64,000 nt of DNA from an uncultured delta proteobacterium. GTDB lineage: Bacteria > Myxococcota_A > Polyangia > Polyangiales > Polyangiaceae. Positions 18,561 through 29,643 of the stretch are shown piece after piece. The stretch's first letter is position 1. Each line of letters starts with the position of its first letter. The position numbers and the translations under genes were made by a program. The DNA lies in the NCBI GenBank assembly GCA_963716725.1, contig CAVQUB010000018.1, forward strand, positions 92,686 to 156,685, in the 5' to 3' direction. The notes under the pieces are model-generated. The model was not told the origin of the DNA. It saw only the letters and a list, made by a program, of their open reading frames with translations, and did not search any database.

Positions 18561-19255
18561 TGCGGCCTCACGATGACGAGCCGTTGGACCAGCGCGCCGT
18601 CGACCTTCACGTCGAAGTCGACTTGATCGTCGACCCAAATGTCGTCGGGCAGGCGCACCCCCCCGCGACCCATGCCGTCGAGCAGCGTCACGAACCGACG
18701 CCCCGCCGGGGTGATCAACTCCGCTCGCGTTGGGCGTGTTCCACGGCGCTCACAGGGCACGACTCGCGGCGCGGCTTCGGGGACCAGTCGCGTGCTCTCG
18801 ACCTCGGTGTCGGAGTACCTGCTGGCATCCACGCCCAGCGCAACCCCCGAACCCATACCGACGGCGAGCGCGGTGACACCGACCACGTCGCCGCCGTCGA
18901 GGTCGCCGTCGGCCGAACTGCCACGCCGCAGACCGATCCCGACGGCGAGCCCGATAGCCATCAGCGAGGCTTCCGCGGCCAACGCCGCAGCGCTGGGGGT
19001 GCGCCGCACTCGCTCGCGGGTCCTGATGCGTTCGGCAAACTGCACCAAGCAGCGCGACTCGGCCCGCACCAAAAGCGCGAGCCCGCCGTCCGAGAGCGTG
19101 GCCTTCACGCGGGCGTGAGAAAGCTCAGGGCGCGGAGTCTCGGTGAGGCGCACGCTCTCGTCGTCGAGTACCTGGCGGACCCGAACCTCCTCGACGTGCG
19201 CACACGCGGCCGTGAAAGAGAGGACGAGCGGTACGACCCGGGCGAGCCAACCCAC
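18557..19255 (-). CDS. Hypothetical lipoprotein/membrane protein
   Basis: Lipobox-like FTAA-C, internal hydrophobic hairpin, 4-bp overlap with the next gene. Confidence 0.6.
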   Translation of the reverse strand: MGWLARVVPLVLSFTAACAHVEEVRVRQVLDDESVRLTETPRPELSHARVKATLSDGGLALLVRAESRCLVQFAERIRTRERVRRTPSAAALAAEASLMAIGLAVGIGLRRGSSADGDLDGGDVVGVTALAVGMGSGVALGVDASRYSDTEVESTRLVPEAAPRVVPCERRGTRPTRAELITPAGRRFVTLLDGMGRGGVRLPDDIWVDDQVDFDVKVDGALVQRLVIVRPQ

Positions 19256-19406
19256 GCCGGAATGGTATCATGTCCCCATCCGACCCGACGGGCGCTTCCA
19301 AGGGCTCGGCGCCAGGAGTCCGCGTTCGTCGGCCAAGCCCTCCGTCTCCAGCGTGGGCGTCCTGCCCAGGTTGCCCGTCGGATCGTGCCGAGTTCGCCGT
19401 CGCGCC

Positions 19407-19778
19407 CTAGGAGCAGCCGAGCGCGGCCATCACCTTGCCCTGCTCGTCCGCGGTACACTCCTCGAATCCTTCGACGGAGGGCCAGCCGCCATGGGTGACC
19501 CGGAAGAGCCGGCCGTCCGCATCGCGCTTCGCACAACCGGCGTCGTTCGCGTACGGCGGCTTGGGCTGCCGGCAGCTTGCGATCTGGGGTTCGAGACAGC
19601 CGGCCGCCGTCAGCGCCGGCAGCTCATGAGGCTGACACGCACTGGGACAGACTGTGCCAGCTCCGGGACAATTCGACGGTTCGTCCGCCCCGTCGTCTTC
19701 CGCCCCACACGAGAAGCTCAGGGCCGCCGCGGGGAGAAGTACCAAAGCGCAGCGTTCGATCCAAATGCGGTGTGCCAT
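19407..19778 (-). CDS. Small Cys-rich lipoprotein
   Basis: Signal ending LSFS-C followed by 8 further Cys. Confidence 0.55.
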   Translation of the reverse strand: MAHRIWIERCALVLLPAAALSFSCGAEDDGADEPSNCPGAGTVCPSACQPHELPALTAAGCLEPQIASCRQPKPPYANDAGCAKRDADGRLFRVTHGGWPSVEGFEECTADEQGKVMAALGCS

Positions 19779-19840
19779 GAGCGCTGGGCGAAGCAAGCCC
19801 CATGCCCGCACCAGCGCCGGTCAGGGACTTCGACGCTTCG

Positions 19841-20701
19841 TCAGGGGCAGCGCGCGCCGCCCTGATGCACCGTGATCTTCGACAACCCGAGCTTCGAGTT
19901 CAGATCCACGTAGTGCTTCTTCAAGGCGACGAACCAGTCGATGTGCTTGCCGATGATGGCTCCCCCCGTGTCGTCGGCGCTGAAGCAACCGTCGTGAAGG
20001 AAGCTGCCCCACGGCGTGTCGCCCGGAACCATCACGCCGTCGAGCTCGGGCACGTAGACCTTGCTGCCGTAGGGGATCACTGCTTTGTCCACGGCGAACG
20101 ATCGGAACGGGACCAACGCCTTGTTCTGGACGCCGTAGCCCCAGGGATGCTGCGCATCGGCCACCAGGTAGCAGGGCGACGTGGGACAGCTACAGCTGCC
20201 CGAGTAGTTGAGGATGGTGCCGTCCGTGAGTCGACCCGTTCCCTCGAGCTTCAACGATGCCGCGAACTTCGCCGTCACGGTCGCGAGGAGCTTGCAGCTC
20301 TTGTCGTAGAGCTTGGTGTCCTTGGTGCCGGTGTACTCTTCCTCCGTCGTGACCCAGTAGTACGTGAGCTGAAACGAGCCGAGCGTCGGGCCCGGTGGAG
20401 GAAGCGCCGCGTCCGATCCGGCATCCGCCGGCGCGCCTCCGCTGCCACCGGTGCCGCCGGCGGGGCTGCCGCCCGAGGGGCTGCCGCCACTGCCGCTCGT
20501 GCCGCCGGAGGGACTGCCAGCGCCGCCGCCGGTACCCGCGCTGCCACCCGTTGCGCTGCCCGCCGCTCCGCCGCTGGCGCCGGAACCCGCAGCGCCCGCC
20601 TGGCCGCCGCTGCCCGACGCCGTGCCGTCATCCGACCCACAAGCAGCGACGGCGAGCATGAGCAGCGCGGCGATCCGGATCATGATGGTCACCGACCGCA
20701 A
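19841..20701 (-). CDS. 3D-domain (MltA-like peptidoglycan hydrolase) lipoprotein with Gly/Ser linker
   Basis: Lipobox VAA-C; LTYY, FAVDKAVIPYGSKVYV and ADDTGGAIIGKHIDWF motifs. Confidence 0.88.
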   Translation of the reverse strand: MRSVTIMIRIAALLMLAVAACGSDDGTASGSGGQAGAAGSGASGGAAGSATGGSAGTGGGAGSPSGGTSGSGGSPSGGSPAGGTGGSGGAPADAGSDAALPPPGPTLGSFQLTYYWVTTEEEYTGTKDTKLYDKSCKLLATVTAKFAASLKLEGTGRLTDGTILNYSGSCSCPTSPCYLVADAQHPWGYGVQNKALVPFRSFAVDKAVIPYGSKVYVPELDGVMVPGDTPWGSFLHDGCFSADDTGGAIIGKHIDWFVALKKHYVDLNSKLGLSKITVHQGGARCP

Positions 20702-20763
20702 GATATCTCATTTCGAAGTTGGTTGACGTGACGTAGGCACGCGCGCTCTCTTGACCGCTCTCG

Positions 20764-21600
20764 ATGACCAGATCTTCGGCGCTCGCTGGGCTGCTCCTTG
20801 CCTTCGGTGCCTCGACAGCGCTCGCCCAAGGGGCCCCGCCCGCCAGCCCGCCTGGGCCTTCGAGCGCGGCTCCGCAACCTGCGGCTGAGCCGACGAACGC
20901 GCCGGCGCCGCCAGCACCACCGCCAGGTCAGTACGCTCCTTCCGGCCCCCATCCACCGCCGGGCTACTACCCTCCTCCCGCCTACTACGCGCCGCCTCCA
21001 CCGCCTCCTCTGCCACCCGCCGGCTCTCCGAGCCGCGGCGCCCACGAACACGACGGCTTCTTCCTCCGGATGGGCCTGGGCTTCGCGTCGATGGTGACCA
21101 AGACCGAGTCCACTCTGGGCCAGGCGGAGACCGGCGGAGAGCTGAGCGGCACCGGGGGCACGATCGAGCTGCTCCTGGGCGGCACGCCGGTTCGTGGCTT
21201 CGTCATCGGAGGCGGCCTCGTCGGCCACACATTTCTCGAACCGAGCTACGAAGCCGGCGGAAGAGAGACACGTCTGGCGGACACCGAGCTCGGACTCACC
21301 TTTCTGGCGCTCTTCACCCAGCTGTACTTCGACGCCGAGGGCGGTGCCTACGTCCAGGCGCTGCTCGGCGCGGCTCAGGAGAGCTACCGCTATCAACTCT
21401 CGGGCGACGAACGCGAGTCCGAACTCTCTGGCTTCGGGCTCGGTCTCGGCGCCGGCTACGATTTTTGGGTCGGCAACCAATGGAGCCTCGGCCCGGAGCT
21501 GCGCGTGAGCTTCGCCACCGTGAAGCACGACGACGAAGGCCGGGTGACTCGGCACAAGACCGCGGCCCTTGCGCTGTCGCTGACGGCCACGCTCCATTGA
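20764..21600 (+). CDS. Outer-membrane beta-barrel protein with Pro-rich N-terminus
   Basis: Signal peptide, Pro/Tyr-rich linker, HEHDGFFLRMGLG and GAGYDFWVGNQWSLG. Confidence 0.75.
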   Translation: MTRSSALAGLLLAFGASTALAQGAPPASPPGPSSAAPQPAAEPTNAPAPPAPPPGQYAPSGPHPPPGYYPPPAYYAPPPPPPLPPAGSPSRGAHEHDGFFLRMGLGFASMVTKTESTLGQAETGGELSGTGGTIELLLGGTPVRGFVIGGGLVGHTFLEPSYEAGGRETRLADTELGLTFLALFTQLYFDAEGGAYVQALLGAAQESYRYQLSGDERESELSGFGLGLGAGYDFWVGNQWSLGPELRVSFATVKHDDEGRVTRHKTAALALSLTATLH

Positions 21601-21654
21601 CGAAACTCCGAGGTTGAAATGCCTGGAGAGCCGCCAGATGATGCGGGGCTCTCC

Positions 21655-23818
<2,164 letters not shown>

Positions 23819-23852
23819 GGAGCGCGAGCATCGGCGCGCGGACGCCCAGAGC

Positions 23853-24296
23853 TCAGGGTGCCTGACAGAAGGTGTTGATCTGATTCACCAGGTCGTCCTC
23901 CTGCTTCACGATCGTGTCGAACTCCTTTTGGGCCGAGTCGGCTTGGTCGGGGTTCTTGGTCTCGATGGCGGTGGCGACCTGCCGAGCGGTGGAGGCGGCT
24001 TTGGTGCACATCTCCTTGTAGTTCGCGGCGTGAGCCTTCAACTCCGGGGTGGTGACCTCGAGGGCGGTCACGTCTTTCGCGAGCTGATCGTAGAGCTCTC
24101 CCAACTTCTTCATCGAGGCGATCACCTGGGCGTCGTCGGAGCCCTTCGAGCCGGAGTGCTGCTCTATCTCCTTGATGGCGGTGTTCACCTTGTCGATGAA
24201 GGCGTTGCACTCCTTCGTCTTCTTGAACTTGCCACAGCCCGGCAACACGAGTGCTGCCGAAATGGCGAATGCGGCGAGGACGAAACGCTTGCGCAT
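23853..24296 (-). CDS. Helical lipoprotein
   Basis: AAGGAG RBS, lipobox LPG-C, coiled-coil-like body. Confidence 0.75.
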   Translation of the reverse strand: MRKRFVLAAFAISAALVLPGCGKFKKTKECNAFIDKVNTAIKEIEQHSGSKGSDDAQVIASMKKLGELYDQLAKDVTALEVTTPELKAHAANYKEMCTKAASTARQVATAIETKNPDQADSAQKEFDTIVKQEDDLVNQINTFCQAP

Positions 24297-24523
24297 GGGC
24301 TCTCCTTCGAAGCCTCCCTCATACCTTGGGGGTCGGCGCCCGGGCTAGGGCCGTTTTTCCGGGCGGCCGATTTTCCTGCGGCCTGTTGCCATCAGGAGCT
24401 GTCGAAAGTTCGGTCCCTCTCTCACTTTGTCATCGGGGAGGCACGCGCCTCCCCGCCCCAACGAAGTGAAATTCGTTCGGGCCCCACTCCAACGCGGGCC
24501 AGTTGCCGCCAGCCATCAGCTCT

Positions 24524-25606
24524 TCAGAGCAGCTCCGTCGCCCCGCGCTTCTGGAGCGCTTCGACGACTTTTCGCACGTCTTGGGCCTGCTCGCGCGGCA
24601 GCACCAGGAGCGCGTCGTCCGTCTCGATGACGCAGAGGCCCTCGACCCCCACCAGCGCGACGACGCGCTTGCGGCCGTCCGTTCGCAGATCACGCACCAA
24701 GTTGCCGGTCGCTTCCACCAACACCGCCTCGGGAGGCGCGGCGTTGTCTTGCTCGTCCTTGTCAGCGAGCTCCCACGCCGTTTGCCAGCTGCCCAAATCG
24801 TTCCAGCCGAAACTCGCCACGACCACCGCGAGCTCCTCGGCCTTTTCCATCACCGCGTAGTCGATGCTGACCGAAGGAAAGGCCTCGAACGCCTCCGCCG
24901 TGGCGGCGCCGCGCTCGGCGACAGAGAGCTTCGCGATTTGATCGAGGGCGGTGGCGACCTCGGGCAAATGGCGGCGCACGGCTTCAGCCATCACGTCGGC
25001 ACGAAAGAAGAACATGCCGCTGTTCCAGAAATGGCGACCACTCACCAGGTATTGCTCGGCAAGCGCTCGGTCGGGTTTCTCCACGAAGCGGTCGACGGCT
25101 CGCACGCCGGTGCCTCGCTCGCTGCCAGCCTCGATGTAGCCGTAGCCAGTCTCGGCTCGCGTCGGCTCGATGCCAATGGTGGTGATCAGGCCGCTCACCG
25201 CCGTTTCGACCGCCGCGCTCAACGCGCGGCGGAACGACTCGGCGTCCCCGACGTGTTGGTCGCTGGGCAGGACCATGATCACCGCTTGGGGATCCCGCGA
25301 CAGCACCTCCCACGTGGCCCACGCGATACAAGGCGCCGTGTTGCGCGCGACGGGCTCACCGAGGAACGAGCTGTCGGGCAACCACGGCAGGAGCCCGCGC
25401 GTGGCGCCGAGCAGATGCGCGCCGGTGGCGATCAGCGTGCGCTCGGCCGGGCACAGCGCCTCGATACGCCGCACCGTGGCCGCGATCAGGCAGTCCGGCT
25501 CTGGACCGATGGCAAGCAGCTGCTTGGGCGAGGCCTTGCGCGACGCAGGCCAGAATCGTGTCCCGCTGCCGCCGGCTAGAACCACGCTGAAGAGATGAGG
25601 GATCAT
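24524..25606 (-). CDS. manC: Mannose-1-phosphate guanylyltransferase
   Basis: [48 protein letters not shown] and WNDLGSW motifs. Confidence 0.95.
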   Translation of the reverse strand: MIPHLFSVVLAGGSGTRFWPASRKASPKQLLAIGPEPDCLIAATVRRIEALCPAERTLIATGAHLLGATRGLLPWLPDSSFLGEPVARNTAPCIAWATWEVLSRDPQAVIMVLPSDQHVGDAESFRRALSAAVETAVSGLITTIGIEPTRAETGYGYIEAGSERGTGVRAVDRFVEKPDRALAEQYLVSGRHFWNSGMFFFRADVMAEAVRRHLPEVATALDQIAKLSVAERGAATAEAFEAFPSVSIDYAVMEKAEELAVVVASFGWNDLGSWQTAWELADKDEQDNAAPPEAVLVEATGNLVRDLRTDGRKRVVALVGVEGLCVIETDDALLVLPREQAQDVRKVVEALQKRGATELL

Positions 25607-26484
25607 GGCGCAGCTCGACTATCACGGTTGGGCAGGGTCGCCGATTCGGAGCTGGGGGGCGCCGTCGGCTGAGCCTGCGGGGCTGGCCCGAGGGCGACCA
25701 TGCTGACGATGCCGAGGGGCGCCACCCAAGCGGCGAACCAAGCAAAGTGGCCGCGCATCACGATGCGGCGGAGCAGGAGCAGCGCCACCACACCGACCAC
25801 GAAGGCCACGGACGCGCCGATGGCCGCGGGCAAGATCGCCTCGGGGGTCTTGCCGAGGTGACGCGCCTCGAGCGCGATGGCGCCGGCCACCGCGGGCAGC
25901 GACATCAACATCGAGAGCTCGAAGGCGCGATCGGGGCGCACCTTGAGCCACAGCGCAGCCGCAATGGTCGATCCGCTGCGCGACAGACCGGGGAGCACGG
26001 CGAGCCCTTGGCACAAGCCGATCAAGATGGCTCCGACCACGCTCGGCACCTCCCGCTGGCCGACCCGCACGAAGCGCGTGGAGAAGACCACCGCCGCAGT
26101 TCCGAGGAAGCCGAGCCCGATCACCATCGGCGAGTGTGTCCAGCGTTCCACCGCGTCGCGCAGGACCAGCCCGATCACCGCGGTCGGCAACGAGGCGCAG
26201 ATGACCACGAGCGCGTCACGCCCCCCGGAGCTCGACGAGAATCGCGACGGCTTCACCAGCGCCTTGGTCCCATCGACGACCGCCGGCGCCACGCGACCCC
26301 GCAGCACGAGCAAGGTGGCGAGGAGGGTGCCAGCATGCAACATCACGCTGAACGTGAGCCCGCCCTCCTCGATGCCGAGCAGGAGCTGAGCCAACGCCAG
26401 GTGCCCGTCGCTGGAAATGGGCAGAAACTCGGTGATGCCTTGGATCACACCGAGCACGATCGAACTGGACACCGGTGCGCCCAT
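25603..26484 (-). CDS. uppP: Undecaprenyl-diphosphate phosphatase
   Basis: QGITEFLPISSDGH and PGLSRSGSTI motifs; multiple TM segments. Confidence 0.95.
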   Translation of the reverse strand: MGAPVSSSIVLGVIQGITEFLPISSDGHLALAQLLLGIEEGGLTFSVMLHAGTLLATLLVLRGRVAPAVVDGTKALVKPSRFSSSSGGRDALVVICASLPTAVIGLVLRDAVERWTHSPMVIGLGFLGTAAVVFSTRFVRVGQREVPSVVGAILIGLCQGLAVLPGLSRSGSTIAAALWLKVRPDRAFELSMLMSLPAVAGAIALEARHLGKTPEAILPAAIGASVAFVVGVVALLLLRRIVMRGHFAWFAAWVAPLGIVSMVALGPAPQAQPTAPPSSESATLPNRDSRAAP

Positions 26485-26604
26485 GAGCGGTCTTCTACAC
26501 CTGTTGGCCCGCTCTCGGCACGGACAATTCGGAGACCGCCGGGCGTCGTGGAATCTGGCGCGCGCTGCGCTATGGTGTGCGCCTTCGAATCCTCGGGTGC
26601 TCAT

Positions 26605-29229
26605 ATGAAGAAGTTCACGAAGATGGCTCCTCGTCACCGGAATGTTGCGCTCGGCCTCAGCGCCATCGCCCTGGCATGCACTGCGGGCTGCGGCGACTCC
26701 AGCGGCGGAGGAGGCGGCGGCACCGGCAACCTGGGCGGCACCGGCAACCTGGGTGGCACCGGCGGCGCCGGCGGCGGCGGCGGCGCCGGCGGCAGCGCGG
26801 GCAGCGGCGGCAGCGGCGGTCTCGCGGGCAGCGGCGGTCTCGCGGGCGGCGGCGGCACCGGCGGCAGCACGGGCGGCACCGGGCCCGGGACCGCCCTGAA
26901 GATCACCGAGTGCAAGACGCTGGCTCCCGGCGCTGGGCTCTGCAGCACCAAGGCTGGCCAGAAGGGCGTGCGCCTGGTCGGCACCGTGCTCGCTCCGCAG
27001 GAGATCCTCCGAGGCGGCGAGGTGTTGATCGACGAGAGCGGCACCATCACCTGCGTGGGTTGCGACTGCTCGAGCGCCCCCGGTGCGGCCACGGCGCATA
27101 CCGTGACTTGCGCCCAGGGAGTCATCTCACCCGGTCTGATCAACTCCCACGACCACATCACCTACGCGAACAACGCGCCACACGACGCAGGCACCGTGCG
27201 TTACGATCACCGCCACGAGTGGCGCATCGGCGCCGGTACGAGCAAGCCGAAGATCACCTACGCCAGCGGCGCGGCCAAGAACGTAGTGCTCGCCGCGGAG
27301 CTCCGCTTCGTGATGAGCGGCGCGACCTCGGCCGTGAGCGCTGGCGGAACGCCGTTCTTGTTGCGCAACCTCGACACGGCGAGCAAAGAGGGTCTGCCCG
27401 CCGCCACGGTCAACAGCGACACCTTCCCGCTCGACGACGCCAGCGGCAAGATGGTGACCTCGGGCTGCAACTACGGCTCGAAACCCACCACAGCGCAGGA
27501 AATCGCGGGCCTCGACGGCTACCAGCCGCACATCTCCGAGGGCGTGAACCAGGCGGCCCGGAACGAACTCACCTGCACCAGCGCCGGCACCACCGACGTC
27601 ATCGAGCCGCAGACCGCCATCGTGCACGCCGTGGCGGTGACCCCCGTCGAGGCGAAGGCCATCCGCGACGAGCGGGCCTGGGTGGTCTGGTCCCCTCGCT
27701 CCAACGTGGCGCTCTACGGCAACACCGCACCGGTCACGCTGCTCGACACCATGGGTGTCGGCATGGCGCTCGGGACGGACTGGATCCTGAGCGGTTCGAT
27801 GAACCTCGCCCGGGAGCTTCGCTGCGCCGACGAGCTGAACCAGACGCAATACGGCAAGCACTTCTCCGATTTCGACCTGTGGCGCATGGTCACGACCAAC
27901 GCCGCGTTCGCCGCGGGCATCGAGCGCGGAGTTGGCATGCTGAAACCCGGCTTCGTCGCGGACGTCGCCATCTTCGACGGCAGCGTGAACAAGGATCATC
28001 GGGCCGTGATCGCGGCGGAGCCGAAGAACGTAGCCCTGGTGCTGCGAGGCGGAGCGCCGCTCTACGGCGACGACGCGCTGCTGAACGACGCCGCCATCGG
28101 CGGCTCGAGCTGCGAGGTCATCGATGTGTGTGGGGCTCCCAAGCGCGCTTGCGTCTCCAAGGACACGGGCGGCACGGTCACTCTGGCCGCGGTCAAAGCG
28201 GCAGGCGACGCGTTCGCGCCGCTGTTCAACTGCGGGGCACCCCTCAAAGAACCGAGCTGCCTGCCGTCACGGCCAGGCGAGTACGGCGGGCAGAGCACCG
28301 CGACGGACAAGGACGGCGACGGGATCCCCGACGCGAGCGATCTCTGCCCGAGCGTCTTCGATCCGACGCGCCCCTTGGACGGCGGCAAGCAGGGCAACGC
28401 CGACGGCGACGCCAAGGGCGATGCCTGCGATCCCTGCCCCTCGGATCCGACCGACAAGTGCGGCGCGGCCAATCCGGACGACCTGGACGGCGATGGCTGG
28501 GCAAACGGCGTCGACAACTGTCCGGACACCGCCAACGGCGGCCAAGCGGATGCCGACGGCGACGGCAAGGGCGACGCCTGCGACACCTGCCCAACCGCCA
28601 ATTCAGGGTTCACCGCCTGCGCCATCGGTATCGAGGCGGTTCGCGACCCGGCCCACCCGCAGCACCCGAAGGTGGGCTCGAAGGTCAAGCTCACGGGGCT
28701 CTACGTCACCGGGCTGCGTCCGCCCACCGGAAAGAACCAGGGCTTCTACGTGCAAGACGCCTCCCTCAAGCCCTTCACCGGCATCTTCGTGTTCACGGGC
28801 AGCGTCAGCCCCACGGTTGCGGTCGGGAACAAGATCGACCTGGCCGGAACCTACGACGAGTTCTTCGACCTGAGCGAGCTGACCAACCCAGTCGTCACCG
28901 TCACCGACAGCGGAACGACGCTGCCCTTCTCGCCCATCGCCGTCACGAATCCAGCCGAGATCGCCACCGGCGGCGCCAAGGCTGAAGGCTTCGAGTCGAT
29001 GTTGCTGTCCGTCGCCGGCGTGAAGGTGACCAACGCGAATCCCGACGCCCCGGGCGACTTCGACGAGTTCACCGTGACCGGCAACCTGCGCATCGACGAC
29101 GAGCTCGATCCGGCCATCGACAATACCTACGCCGTTGGCGCGTCGTTCTCGAAGGTCACGGGGATCCTGATCTATGGCTTCTCGAACCGCAAGCTGGCGC
29201 CACGCAGCGTGAGCGAGCTGGTGCCCTGA
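26605..29229 (+). CDS. Amidohydrolase-family lipoprotein with TSP3 repeats and C-terminal OB-fold-like domain
   Basis: Signal ending TAG-C and Gly linker; PGLINSHDH, HISEG, VHA, GTDW; DGDGIPDASDLCP and DLDGDGWANGVDNCP repeats; GFYVQD...GIFVF. Confidence 0.85.
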   Translation: MKKFTKMAPRHRNVALGLSAIALACTAGCGDSSGGGGGGTGNLGGTGNLGGTGGAGGGGGAGGSAGSGGSGGLAGSGGLAGGGGTGGSTGGTGPGTALKITECKTLAPGAGLCSTKAGQKGVRLVGTVLAPQEILRGGEVLIDESGTITCVGCDCSSAPGAATAHTVTCAQGVISPGLINSHDHITYANNAPHDAGTVRYDHRHEWRIGAGTSKPKITYASGAAKNVVLAAELRFVMSGATSAVSAGGTPFLLRNLDTASKEGLPAATVNSDTFPLDDASGKMVTSGCNYGSKPTTAQEIAGLDGYQPHISEGVNQAARNELTCTSAGTTDVIEPQTAIVHAVAVTPVEAKAIRDERAWVVWSPRSNVALYGNTAPVTLLDTMGVGMALGTDWILSGSMNLARELRCADELNQTQYGKHFSDFDLWRMVTTNAAFAAGIERGVGMLKPGFVADVAIFDGSVNKDHRAVIAAEPKNVALVLRGGAPLYGDDALLNDAAIGGSSCEVIDVCGAPKRACVSKDTGGTVTLAAVKAAGDAFAPLFNCGAPLKEPSCLPSRPGEYGGQSTATDKDGDGIPDASDLCPSVFDPTRPLDGGKQGNADGDAKGDACDPCPSDPTDKCGAANPDDLDGDGWANGVDNCPDTANGGQADADGDGKGDACDTCPTANSGFTACAIGIEAVRDPAHPQHPKVGSKVKLTGLYVTGLRPPTGKNQGFYVQDASLKPFTGIFVFTGSVSPTVAVGNKIDLAGTYDEFFDLSELTNPVVTVTDSGTTLPFSPIAVTNPAEIATGGAKAEGFESMLLSVAGVKVTNANPDAPGDFDEFTVTGNLRIDDELDPAIDNTYAVGASFSKVTGILIYGFSNRKLAPRSVSELVP

Positions 29230-29253
29230 GTAGCTGGTGCCCTGAGTAGCTGG
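29216..29253 (+). repeat. 16-bp tandem duplication spanning the amidohydrolase stop codon
   Basis: AGCTGGTGCCCTGAGT twice, then a partial AGCTGG. Confidence 0.8.
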
Positions 29254-29323
29254 CGAACGAACGCCCTCCAGGACCGAGTCCGGGAGGGCGTGCAGCGCCT
29301 CAGTTGGGCGGAAGGCCGCTGTG

Positions 29324-29503
29324 TCAGGCCGGGTTGGTCGGCTTCTTGTCCTCGGGAGCCGGCTTCTTCACGTCCTTCTTCTTCTTGTGGTCGTGCTCGC
29401 CGCCGCAGAGCTGCGTGGGGGTCAACGAAGGAGCCGCAGCAGCCGAGGCGGCAAACGTGAGGCCGGCCGCCAAGAACAGCGCGCAGAGGGATGTCGAGTG
29501 CAT
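29324..29503 (-). CDS. 59-aa secreted Lys-rich small protein (below the ORF-track size cutoff)
   Basis: Manual translation MHSTSLCALFLAAGLTFAASAAAAPSLTPTQLCGGEHDHKKKKDVKKPAPEDKKPTNPA*; clear signal peptide. Confidence 0.65.
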   Translation of the reverse strand: MHSTSLCALFLAAGLTFAASAAAAPSLTPTQLCGGEHDHKKKKDVKKPAPEDKKPTNPA

Positions 29504-29643
29504 GGCGCGTCATTTGGAACGACTGACCCGCGCCGTCAAGCGCTCGGGGCGCGGCAAATTGCCGCAGTAATTGCCGACCGGGGCGGCGGCGCTGGCCGAG
29601 ACGCAGCTCCTTTGCCGATAATCCCCCGCGCTCGGAGGAAACT

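Noticed and set aside
26700..26885. GGC-rich repeats (also 20,440-20,620) as CRISPR-like or non-coding arrays
   Set aside because: They encode Gly/Ser/Thr linkers of lipoproteins; there is no repeat-spacer structure and no cas genes
29216..29253. 16-bp tandem duplication as an insertion scar or regulatory array
   Set aside because: Only two full copies and no associated element; slippage or assembly artefact is sufficient
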